DNA of 63,882 nt, the filler included, from Octopus bimaculoides (taxonomy: Eukaryota): NCBI RefSeq assembly GCF_001194135.2. It is 5 parts of 4 records of this genome, joined end to end, with 100 filler letters (N's around TTAATTAATTAA, not from the genome) between each part and the next. Parts side by side here need not be neighbours in the genome. Positions count along the whole stretch, not along the records: positions 30,196 to 41,023 come from NC_069004.1; positions 41,124 to 53,454 come from NC_068981.1; 3 more parts are not named here. The stretch is one strand, 5' to 3'. A program made the translations under genes and the position numbers. How positions within the stretch are numbered: position 1 is the stretch's first letter; each line of letters starts with the position of its first letter. The notes beneath the pieces are model-generated. The model was given only the letters and a program-made list of their open reading frames with translations. It was not told where the DNA came from and did no database searches. Shown here piece by piece: positions 36,045 through 47,451 of the stretch.

Positions 36045-37739
36045 NNNNNNNNNNNNNNNNNNNNNNNNNNNNNNNNNNNNNNNNNNNNNNNNNNNNNNNN
36101 NNNNNNNNNNNNNNNNNNNNNNATATATATATATATACATTGTATTATGTCAATTTACCAGTTTATTTTTCAACTAAGAGGACAATAAAAACAATATACA
36201 AACACATAAGACATTGCGTCATATCAGTAATTAAAATTAAAAAGGACATCTAGTGACCGACATACATACATACATACATCAAAGATATGAAGATTTTCAT
36301 ATTGGAAGCGTTAACAGTTGGAATATTTCATAGATTTAAACCTGCAACAAGGCTATTCACAGCAGTCTGTCCGGAAGAAATATATTACAAAAGGATGTAA
36401 ACACACTATGGTCAGTTCAGAGTGTCCTCTAGTGGAGTGATGGCTACATGCATTTCGAAATAGTTATCCTCCCATCAGTATCAAATACCAAAGGGAGGTA
36501 ACTCCAAACTCCATCAAACCTAATGAAAATTTACATCTTTTCCTGTTCCTTAGTTATCATTAGAATAATCTGCTCATATTTCTTATTCCTAATTTGTGTC
36601 AAATAAAATTAATAACGGAGAAATAAATTAATGAATATATAAAAATCAATTTATATTTGATATATTCATGCTGCTAACTGATTCGTAAAATAAAAAAAAA
36701 GCGAGTGTTTTTAATGTATCATTTTACTTTCATCATTGAAGTTATAATATCTCGGTAATTACACAATGGAAGAGTCGAGGGAGGCACCGTTGACGGGTGT
36801 GTTTAAGGCCTCGTTCACCTTAATCTACCCGTGTGTAGGGGCTTCCAATCCCTTCCAAACTTTCTGTGCAATAGATCGTGCAACATCTAGAAAGCTGTCA
36901 ATTTCTAAATCGCTCCATTTCGCATATATAACAACAATGACTGTATGTGTTTTTTTTTTGTTTTTTTTAAAATATATTTCTTATGTTAAGCATTTTATCC
37001 GCTATGGAAGATCTGAAATAAATAAATAAGCTTTTAATTAGTTTGAAGGGAGTAATATACCGATGATTCAGCGTCCTCAAATTCCTCTTGCACTCTGTAC
37101 ACACACACACACACACACACACACATCTGGAAAGAGAGAGAGGAGTAAAAGGGAGAGATGCACAAAGCTTATAATATTCTGCTTATGTCTCGGTGTCTAC
37201 TCCTGCGTCTGCCAATTATTATTTATTATATCCGTTATTTGTAGAAGAAAAAAAGATCTCTAACTATAATCTTTGATTTAATGTATTTTGTCTCTTACAC
37301 AGACAAATATACTCACTGACATGCACATACATTTATACACCAGAAACAGACAGAAACCATCAATTTTATACATGATTACATCTATATATATCTCCATTAC
37401 ATCATGTCTGACAACTGTTTTGTGTATATAATACAACTATAGCCATATTAACACATTTTGCATACACTTTTATGTCTTTGATCTGTTTAACCAGTTCGTC
37501 TGGCAGTCATGTGGTTATTGGTTCGGTCTGTTTCATTGCGAGACACCTTATACAAGTACGTCTTGTGGTGGCTTTAACTGAGTGCAAGCCTTGTCAGAGG
37601 AATTAGGGAGGCAGACATTGAATAACATCTTCTCCAATGAAGTATACTTCTTATTAAGGTGGTAGAACTATAGAACTATTATTACCTGCTGCTTGATTGG
37701 ACGCCTTATTTGATCCGCGATCAAAATGTTCTTTTTCCC

Positions 37740-38555
37740 TTTTACTTGTATCGGTTGACTACGGCCATGCTGGAGCACCGCTTTGAAGGGTTTTGCCAAA
37801 CAAATCGATCCCAGAACTTTTTATAAGTCTAATACTTATTCTATCGGTGTATTTTGTCGAACCACTAAGTTACAGGGACGTAAACACACCAAGCACCGGT
37901 TGTCAAGCGGTATAGGGGAAAAAACATAGGCACAAAAACACACACATATAATATACATATATATATACGACGGGCTTCTTTCAGTTTCTTTTTTTTTACT
38001 GCCCACAAGGGGCTACACACATAGGGGACAAACAAGGACAGACAAACGGATTATTAAGTCGATTATATCGACCCCAGTGCGTAACTGGTACTTATTTAAT
38101 TGACCCCGAAAGGATGAAAGGCAAAGTCGACCTCGGCGGAATTTGAACTCAGAACGTAGCGGCAGACGAAATACCTATTTCGTTAATGCCCACAAGGGGC
38201 TAAACATAGAGGGAACAAACAAGAACAGACGAACGGATTAAGTCGATTACATCGACCCCAGTGCGTAACTGGTACTTAATTTATCGACCCCGAAAGGATG
38301 AAAGGCAAAGTCGACCTCGGCGGAATTTGAACTCAGAACGTAACGGCAGACGAAATACCGCTAAGCATTTCGCCCGGCGTGCTAACGTTTCTGCCAGCTC
38401 ACCGCCTCGGCTTCTTTCAGTTTCTGACAACCAAATCCACTTACAAGGCTTTGGTCGTCCTGAGGCTATAGTAGGAGACCTTTGCCCAAGGTGTCACGCA
38501 GTGGGATTGAACCCGGGACGATGTGGTTGAGAAGCAAGCTTCTTACCACAGAGCC
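37740..38555 (-). mobile_element. SINE family A interrupted by a family B dimer (37990-38408) with 17-bp TSD
   Basis: GGCTTCTTTCAGTTTCT at 37973-37989 and 38409-38425 flanks two tandem B units. Confidence 0.88.
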
Positions 38556-39031
38556 ACTAACAGCATCGATCTCACAGGTGTCAAAGGACCAACCAAGGAT
38601 ATAAGCGGGTACAACCTGATCATACCAATAATGACAAAAATTGAAAATATAAAAACAAATTTCCAACTCGAAATCGTTATCTTGATGTACTGCCTTCTAT
38701 TGCACCGACGAATGAATACGGACAAATGAAACTGGAAGAGGGCACTTTCCCATTCCTTGGAGATATCAGAGTAATCCGGGATTTTTTTGTGGGGTTTACC
38801 CCAGGTTACCCTAACTGGACTACCCCGCTATTTGAGATTCTGGTTATTTACTTATTATTTATTTCTCTTCTTTCTAATATATACCATCTGTTATATCTTT
38901 TAATGTGGTAGTATCTCCCCTTGATTGATGCTAACCCCACATGTTTTTGTAACTTTTGTTTTTGTACTATAATTCAACTCGTCCTTCGATATTGCCCGCC
39001 ATGTCTTCGGCCCTTGCAGCCAAGAAACGAA

Positions 39032-39102
<71 letters not shown>

Positions 39103-39114
39103 TATTATTATTAT

Positions 39115-39320
39115 GGTTCAGTACTTTTATTTTTATAACGTGCTTTCACTTCACTACCGAGCGCAGCTCTGTGCGCCTTGGGTATGTGCTGTGGTTTGCT
39201 GTGGCGCTCTTATGTTTACTGTATTGAAAGTGTTTTGCGTAGAATGTGTGCAGTACCCAGTAGTGCAATTTTCTGTATGTTATATATATTTGTAAGTCCT
39301 GGTATTTTTGTTATGTATTT
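39115..39320 (-). mobile_element. R4/Dong-type retrotransposon 3' end with (AAT)n tail, copy 1
   Basis: 39320-39216 encodes KYITKIPGLTNIYNIQKIALLGTAHILRKTLSIQ*, the C-terminal QK..LLGTAHILRK.L motif of RLE elements, followed by a 3' UTR and an (AAT)n array. Confidence 0.8.
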
Positions 39321-39692
39321 NNNNNNNNNNNNNNNNNNNNNNNNNNNNNNNNNNNNNNNNNNNNNNNNNNNNNNNNNNNNNNNNNNNNNNNNNNNNNNNN
39401 NNNNNNNNNNNNNNNNNNNNNNNNNNNNNNNNNNNNNNNNNNNNNNNNNNNNNNNNNNNNNNNNNNNNNNNNNNNNNNNNNNNNNNNNNNNNNNNNNNNN
39501 NNNNNNNNNNNNNNNNNNNNNNNNNNNNNNNNNNNNNNNNNNNNNNNNNNNNNNNNNNNNNNNNNNNNNNNNNNNNNNNNNNNNNNNNNNNNNNNNNNNN
39601 NNNNNNNNNNNNNNNNNNNNNNNNNNNNNNNNNNNNNNNNCATTTCTTTTAGAGAAACGTTGTCATTTCTTTTAGAGAAACGTTATTATTTC

Positions 39693-39768
<76 letters not shown>

Positions 39769-40229
39769 TAACACGGCAACTTCGCTTAGGATTGTTGCAA
39801 CGTTTCAGATGTCCCCAATCTGTGGACTAAGGTACCACTCATCATTCAGATTTCGAGAACTCTGCAGAGGATTCGTACGACTCCAGCCAATAATCTACCT
39901 TCACATTTACCCTTATCTTTCCAAACCAGTTGGGGAACTTTGTAATCCAACAACATGTACAACGCTCACTTTATTCAATGGCCACATTAATATAATAATA
40001 ATATTTGTTGGAATGAAGACGGCAAGCTGGTAGAATCCCCAAGCACACCGGACAAATTGCATAGCAGCATTTTGTCCGCTTTTATGCTGTGAGGCCAAAT
40101 TAAGCCAAGGACGACTTCACCTTCAGTTGTTTCGTGGTCAACAAAAGAAGTACCTGTTGAACACTGAAGTTGATATAATCGACTGTCACTCTGCCCCAAA
40201 TTTCAGGACTTGTGCCTATAGTAGAAAAG

Positions 40230-40264
<35 letters not shown>

Positions 40265-40286
40265 TATTATTGTTATTATTATTATT

Positions 40287-40490
40287 GTTCAGTAGTTTTA
40301 TTTTTATAACGTGCTTTCACTTCACTACCGAGCGCAGCTCTGTGCGCCTTGGGTATGTGCTGTGGTTTGCTGTGGTGCTTTTATGTTTACTGTATTGAAA
40401 GTGTTTTGCGTAGAATGTGTGCAGTACCCAGTAGTGCAATTTTCTGTATGTTACATATATTTGTAAGTCCTGGTATTTTTGTTATGTATT
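40287..40490 (-). mobile_element. R4/Dong-type retrotransposon 3' end, copy 2
   Basis: Near-identical to 39115-39320, with a few substitutions. Confidence 0.8.
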
Positions 40491-40501
40491 TNNNNNNNNN
40501 N

Positions 40502-40585
<84 letters not shown>

Positions 40586-40607
40586 CATTATTATTATTAT
40601 TATTATT

Positions 40608-40759
40608 ATTCAGTAGTCTTATTTTTATAACATGTGCTTTCACTGCACTACCGAGCGCTGCTCTGTGTGCCTTGGGTATGTGCTGTGGTTTGCTGTGATG
40701 CTCTTATGGTTACTGTATTACTGTATTGAAAGTGTTTTACATAGGATGTGTGCGGTGTC

Positions 40760-40760
<1 letters not shown>
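40608..40760 (-). mobile_element. R4/Dong-type retrotransposon 3' end, copy 3 (older, 5'-truncated)
   Basis: More diverged copy embedded between (TAT)n arrays on both sides. Confidence 0.75.
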
Positions 40761-40791
<31 letters not shown>

Positions 40792-41227
40792 TTATGTTTG
40801 ACTTTTGTTTTGCATTTGTACAAGTTGGATCCAAGTCTCACCCAGAGACCTCAAGAGACAACAAGTTAGAAGTTCATGTAGGTGTTATGCCTAGGGTACC
40901 ATATATTTGGATTTGTACAGTTTTGTTCAAGTGAATGTTTAAGAAACCATAAGAAAATTATGTGTTTGCTTTAAAATTTGAGATCACATAGACAGTATTT
41001 TACGTAGGATATGGGCAGTTCCCNNNNNNNNNNNNNNNNNNNNNNNNNNNNNNNNNNNNNNNNNNNNTTAATTAATTAANNNNNNNNNNNNNNNNNNNNN
41101 NNNNNNNNNNNNNNNNNNNNNNNTATATATTGATAGAAAGGACAACAAAAGTAAGAAAGAGACCTCGATATTATGTAAATAGAGGAATTTATTTGTAAAA
41201 ATATGGGACAGGAATTTTCAACGGGCG

Positions 41228-41288
41228 GATGACTGAAGAGATGTTGGCGTGGGTTCCCACCCCGGCATCCGAAACTCGGAGTTTTATC
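41228..41288 (+). ncRNA. Minimal type-I hammerhead ribozyme-like motif (paralogue of 17294-17354)
   Basis: GATGA-CTGAAGA-GATGTTGG-(GTGGG TT CCCAC hairpin)-CCGGCATC-C-GAAA-CTCGGAGT-T-TTATC. Confidence 0.55.
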
Positions 41289-41602
41289 ATGGCCACCGAA
41301 TAAGTGTCACATATTTTTACTGATATATATATATATTAAGGGATTAAGTCGATTACATCGACCGCAGTGCGCAACTGGTACTTATATATATATATGTATA
41401 TATATATATAATGTTGGCTATGATCATCGCTGACAAGTATTAAGTGTCGTCAGCAATGCCTGTAAAGGGTTTTAAGTCAAGTGCGGAATTGCACGACACC
41501 ACGATGACCCTCACTAGCAAAACCAAGAAGCCCAGAGACAAGCAAAAGTGCGAGATACCCGGTTCACTGCAGCAATGGGTTCTATATACGAGTTAGCCTT
41601 CC

Positions 41603-41805
41603 TATTTCTTTATTGCCCACAAGGGGCTAAACACAGAGGGGACAAACAAGGACAGACAAAGGGATTAAGTCGATTACATCGACCGCAGTGCGCAACTGGT
41701 ACTTAATTTATCGACCCCGAAAGGATGAAAGGCTAAGTCGACCTCGGCGGAATTTGAACTCAGAACGTAACGGCAGACGAAATACCGCTAAGCATTTCGC
41801 CCGGC
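41603..41805 (-). mobile_element. 5'-truncated SINE family B with 9-bp TSD
   Basis: TAGCCTTCC at 41594-41602 and 41806-41814. Confidence 0.88.
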
Positions 41806-42009
41806 TAGCCTTCCCTTAGAGGGATGCCTTGACATACATACATACATTTATGCATGCATGAATACATCATTATAGGTATGTGTGTGTGTGTGTGTGTTTG
41901 CATATATTCATATCTATATGTACATACATGTTTATATGCATACATACACACATTATATGTGTATATCTATCTATATCTATATCTATATATCTATATATAN
42001 NNNNNNNNN

Positions 42010-42051
<42 letters not shown>

Positions 42052-43547
42052 CGTTGTGCAGCTGCATGTGGAAATTTGATATAAAAGCAAAAAGTGCGAG
42101 TGAAAGATTCTATTTCTTAATACGAAAGACAACATACTTTTTAATCACTAGTTTATTGCCTGTTCTCGTTTTTGTTTGTTTAGTTTATTTTTCTGTATTG
42201 TGTATGCAAAATTTATCTGTTCATTATCTATCTCTAATTCATCTGTATACACATACATAAATGCATACATACCTATACATGTATATTTACACAAACATGC
42301 ACATACATTCATAGCATACATACATACATACATACATACATGCATGCATACATGCATGCATTTCTTCAAGTTGCATGCTGGTTCGAATGTCCCATCAGTA
42401 ATGTTTAGATCCATGATTCTCAATCAATTTATAATTCGGGATCCTTTTATTTGAATGAATTTTACCGAGTATCTTAGGCTTTTGAAAAGTCTGCTTACAA
42501 ATTGTGCTATTTTTGTTTGCTAACGGCAACTCGTTTTCTCAGTTTCATCTCTCAGTCAAAAGATAAATATAATTGAATAATCTTATATCACCAGAGTAAT
42601 TATATTTTCTATATTGCAGTCTTCAAAAATTTTGAGTATGGTACACAGACTCAAACTTCCAGCACTATGTAGGTTGAACTCCAGTTTCGGTTTAGACGAA
42701 GTGTTTCTTATTCAAGTTAGTTCGAAGTCATTGCTTTATTCACTTTTATCTTTTAATTTTTTCAGTCATTAGACCGTCCTGAGGGGGTTTTCCAGTGGTC
42801 CCTACGACCACTGCGGGTCCATATAAGATTTTTGGGGGACCACGCTAGCAAAATAATAAATTAGGAATTCACTGAAGTATTTTAAACATTCATGAAAAGA
42901 TTTGATTTAAATGCATGCATTGCAAGAAACAGCAAGGTTTCTTTCTCTAATATCTTACATTAATACAACCTATACAAGTCAATGTATGAATAAAAAACTA
43001 GAATTTTTGAAAGAAACATCTATAAAATTAGTTTTTATAAACATTAAATGGCTATGGGGATCCACCAGAGTCATACCCGGTAAGTTCACCGTCATCAATT
43101 CACCGCAGGGTAAGTTCATCGTTCGAAGATTTTGACATAATTTTTCAACTTCAATATTTCTCTCGTTTTTTTTTCTTCAATAAAGTATCATAGTTCTTAA
43201 CTATCAATGGTGAGTGAGATACTATGGATATGTTTTCTCGGTAAACTTTCCTCACGGTGAACTTTCTTCANNNNNNNNNNNNNNNNNNNNNNNNNNNNNN
43301 NNNNNNNNNNNNNNNNNNNNNNNNNNNNNNNNNNNNNNNNNNNNNNNNNNNNNNNNNNNNNNNNNNNNNNNNNNNNNNNNNNNNNNNNNNNNNNNNNNNN
43401 NNNNNNNNNNNNNNNNNNNNNNNNNNNNNNNNNNNNNNNNNNNNNNNNNNNNNNNNNNNNNNNNNNNNNNNNNNNNNNNNNNNNNNNNNNNNNNNNNNNN
43501 NNNNNNNNNNNNNNNNNNNNNNNNNNNNNNNNNNNNNNNNNNNNNNN

Positions 43548-43790
43548 GCGGTGGTGGGAGACACAAATAGAAAGACATAAATAGAATAACACAAATAGAA
43601 ACATACACACACACACACACACACACAGAGCTTGTTTCAGTTTCTGCCTGCCAAATCCACTCTCAAGGCTTTGGTCGTGCGAGGCTATAGTAGACGACAC
43701 CTGCTCAATGTCGCGAAGTGGGACTGAACCCAAGACCACATGGTCGGTAAGCCAGCTTCTTAACCACACAGTCATGCCTACAGCCACACT
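43548..43790 (-). mobile_element. SINE family A 5' half, degenerate
   Basis: Family A head and core on the minus strand. Confidence 0.8.
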
Positions 43791-45314
43791 TACATGATTA
43801 ACAATGGTGCTTTTTGTACACGAGTGTGGAATAATTCGTAATCTTGATAACTATTTGTTGCATTGACATATGCCTCTGCCGTTAAGGTATACTCAAACAT
43901 GGGCACAAGCATATGCATGTTCAACTCAGTGAAAAGGCAAAACCAAAAGAACAAAACGAACAATCTTTTTCAAACATTAGTTTACGTTAACTCTTTATGA
44001 GAACGAAATGCCGCCAGAGCTGCACTTAGACTTGGTTACACCCAAAGTTGCGTATATTAAACCTTAGTAGTTGCTTGTTAACTTATTATCCTTGAAAATC
44101 CCACAAATATTTGAAACGTATGTGCCTTTTAATTCCGAGTTCCTGTACTGTCGAATTCCGAGGTCCTGTACTGTAATCTAGTTATCTTACACATTAATCT
44201 TGTACCGTAGGTCATGACATCATTTGTTTATCGATGACATTAGCGAACTTACTTGAATTGCTGAGACCAGGAATCGAAATTTGGTCGCAAAGTCAACTCG
44301 CCGGAAGCTATTTATCGTAGTCTATGACATTTCGTTACCCGCTCCGTTTGCGGGCTTAAAATGTAAGATTTACATATAAAAGAGACATAGCGCAATATTG
44401 AAATGTTTATTCCTTTCGTTGGGACGTTAATCGTATAAGTGGTATAAAATTACTGCAAACATGTGTAGTTTGATCTTCCTTTAATTCGATGGAATTTCTA
44501 AATGGAGGAGCCAATACATTGCAGGTCTATACAAAAATCTGTCAGAAATATCAACCAAAATGTCGCTCAAAAATCATATCATCTTCAAAAAGGAAGGATA
44601 TATTAAATAATGTAGTCCTAGATATGCTATGCCTGATAAAGAAAAAAGATGAGATGGTGGATGGTCAAAACACCTACGATGAAAGATTTGCTTGATCAGG
44701 GTTTCTAGGATTAAACAACTACTTCGGTTTCTTTTTATTGAACACAGGACATGTATGTTTTCAGAGGACAGGAAACTACACTTTTTACGGTGCTCATGGA
44801 TATTAATAGGCACGAGTATAATGAAATGAATTAATTTCAACTGGGAATGGAAACCGTTTCGCTGAATCAGCTTGCTTGGAGTTTATCACTTTCAAGGCTC
44901 GTTGGGAGCCTCTTTGTACGAATGAATAACAACGATCATCATGCTTTGGGAAATTTTAAATATTTTCACTTGGAGCAAAGTTCTATAGAATTTAGACGAG
45001 TGACAGAAATTGTACCATTCATATTGAATATTGATTACGTAAGTGAAGTAAATGGACTTGAAACAAGGATCGAAAACAGCTCGTAGCGGACTTATCACTT
45101 GTTTTGCGACAAACGCTATTTCTTCTTACGCTGATTTTCGAAAGGAATGCTCAATAAACTTTATTTTTGAAATGTGGAAGTAAGAGAAGGGTAGTGTACA
45201 CAGGATTGTATACATTTAGGTAGGATTTGTATTCAGAACTTACAAAGACAAAACTGCATAACTATTTTTGTACACTGTCGTCCGAGTCTCTAATTTCGTT
45301 TTCGTTTCTTTTCT

Positions 45315-45358
45315 TATAAGTTGCCGTACTCTCGGCTTCGAGAGTACGGCAGCTTATA
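45315..45358. other. 20-bp near-perfect hairpin with 4-nt loop
   Basis: TATAAGTTGCCGTACTCTCG-GCTT-CGAGAGTACGGCAGCTTATA (one G-T pair). Confidence 0.9.
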
Positions 45359-46150
45359 TTTTCCTTTGAGTGCGACTCAAAAGTTTGCCGTGCATCCGAG
45401 AGGACGAAGTTTATAATTTTCATAAGCCTGTTCTAATCCCAAAGAAGGTATGCTAAACTTATTGTGTCTCCAAACGGTAAGAAAACAAAATGAAGGCTAT
45501 AAATAATAGGACCGATATGTTGCTAAACCACAGCCAAAACATTTTGGCTGCGGTTTGTGAAAGTCGTGAAACCTTGTTTTTTATGTTATCCTTTTTAGAA
45601 AAATTCCAAGTCATAATAAGGGTGCATCTTTGGAGTAAAAGTGTCTTCGACCCCCAGAAATACGGGAGTCCGACAAGGAGAGGATAGTGTCCCTAACATT
45701 AGAGGATAGTGTCCCTAACGTTCGTAGGTCCTCCTACACTCGTGAGAGGGACGGAGCAGAAGCCCAGCCAAAACATCTGCGGGTCAATGATGTAGATGAT
45801 TGGTTCGAATAGTTGCCACAAAGCGAACATATCTAAATGCTCCTAAAGACCTGGTAGTGGTGTTAAATAGGATGGCGTCTTTGGACTACTATACAAAATA
45901 TCAAGAATAACCCGAACAAATAACAGCAAAATAACGGTAGAAATAGCAATACTACTATGAGAAGCGATAACAGTACTAGGATTATGTTGGCGAGACCAAA
46001 AATGTTTTAGAATATTAATTTGATGTGGGAAGACGAAATATCTAGAGCTTCGAACAGAACACATTAATCGGAGATTTAAGAGAATACGAAGAAAACTAAC
46101 ACAGGAAGTTATGACAACACTGGGAAAAAAATTACCGAAATGCCACTCAC

Positions 46151-46307
46151 CATTTGCTCGAAGATCATTAAGTCGAAAATTTTTATCCTGCTCAATCTTG
46201 GGGACATCCCGCCAGCACTCTTTCTCCAGAGCATTTTGTAATTTGGCCGACAAGAGAATCTCCTCCGATGTTATATTCCGTTTTTTGATTAAGAATGACC
46301 GAGGCAT
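46151..46307 (-). CDS. First coding exon of a SNAG-domain protein (Snail/Scratch/Gfi1/Ovo-type N-terminus); downstream exons not identified
   Basis: MPRSFLIKKRNITSEEILL... is a canonical SNAG motif at the initiator Met; 52 codons + 1 nt, then donor AATG|GTGAGT (46150); non-repetitive sequence. Confidence 0.85.
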
Positions 46308-46520
46308 TTAAACAGTTCGAACGTATACGAAGCAAAGAAATTAGCGTTGAAATAATTTTAATAGTAATTAGAACAATGATAAAAACGACAATAGAAATGG
46401 CAATAGATGAAAATTAAATAATAAATATTAACAACACAGATAAAATCCGAGAAATTGTGATATTTCCAATGAGAAAGATAGGATCTCTTTTTGTTTTAAA
46501 ACAGATCGATAATAAGTCAG
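46308..46520 (-). other. 5' UTR portion of exon 2 of the SNAG gene
   Basis: Branch-like GCTAAT, then TTTTATTTTTATTTAG| acceptor at 46522-46521; no ATG between it and 46307. Confidence 0.6.
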
Positions 46521-47382
46521 CTAAATAAAAATAAAATCCGTCAATCGATTAGCTTCAAGGGAGTTTTTCTTTGTTTTTCTGTTTCTTAAGTCCGAGATGA
46601 GTTAAGTTTCTTTCGTTGATAACTCACAAATATACATACATATATACATACATGCATAAGCATGTATGTATACATAGAGACAAAACTCCTAACTTATGTC
46701 TGTATAGTGGTACACACAAGTATAAATGCATGCATATTTATAAGCATTTATGTATGTATGGTTGTATATGTATATATATATATATATATGTTATGTAGAG
46801 AGCAGGTGTAGATATAGATGTATAAAAGTGGACTTTTATACCTGTACTTAAACAAGATTAGATTTGATAATCAGTAACTTTTGTAATGTTAGTCTTATAG
46901 TTTTTTGTTTTTTGGTGGTGGTGGTGGTGGTGGTGGTGGTGGGGTACTTTTTGGTGCTATGTAATCAAATTTGAAAACATAAACATTTAATACGTATATT
47001 TATTAGCAAATATATTAACATACGGTTGCATTAACGTATGTATGTGTATAATCATATACATATATATATATATATGTGAATGTATTTGCGTGTATATTGA
47101 CTAGATATGTCTATATTTATATACAAATATATATTTATATATATATATAAACGAGTAGATATATTAAATAGGAATATAATGTTATTTGTGTGTGTGTGTG
47201 TGTGTGTGTGTATATTTACATATACGTATCAGTTATATATGCATGTACAGATAATTTTATATATCAGTTATCTGACGCCGTGTTCACCTGTGAGCATATG
47301 TGTATGCATATATATCTATATATATATATATATACATTAATCTGTGTGTGTGTGCGTTCGTTATGTTCAGTTCAGAACGTAC

Positions 47383-47421
47383 CTGTACGCATCTATCTAA
47401 GCAGGCGTACAGAATTTGAGT
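47383..47421 (-). other. Predicted 39-nt first exon of the SNAG gene
   Basis: Starts at the Inr A (47421) and ends at donor CAG|GTACGT (47382). Confidence 0.55.
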
Positions 47422-47451
47422 GACTACAGTGCAGCGGTGTGACTTTATATA
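47418..47451 (-). promoter_or_regulatory. Core promoter: TATA box + initiator
   Basis: TATATAAA at 47451-47444; TCACTC (YYANWY) with its A at 47421, exactly 30 bp from the first T; GC-box-like GGGGCG motifs just upstream. Confidence 0.65.

Noticed and set aside
36850-36930. Minus frame KWSDLEIDSFLDVARSIAQKVWKGL resembling a Myb/SANT start
   Set aside because: Too short, ends in a stop, and has no adequate splice sites.
44160-44185. CTAGT after a short duplicated motif as a Helitron end
   Set aside because: No subterminal hairpin; the duplication TTCCGAG.TCCTGTACTGT is a simple tandem.
45843-46150. The 3' 102 codons of ORF 45843-46307
   Set aside because: Read-through past a consensus GTGAGT donor into AT-rich, hydrophobic intron-like sequence; treated as intron.
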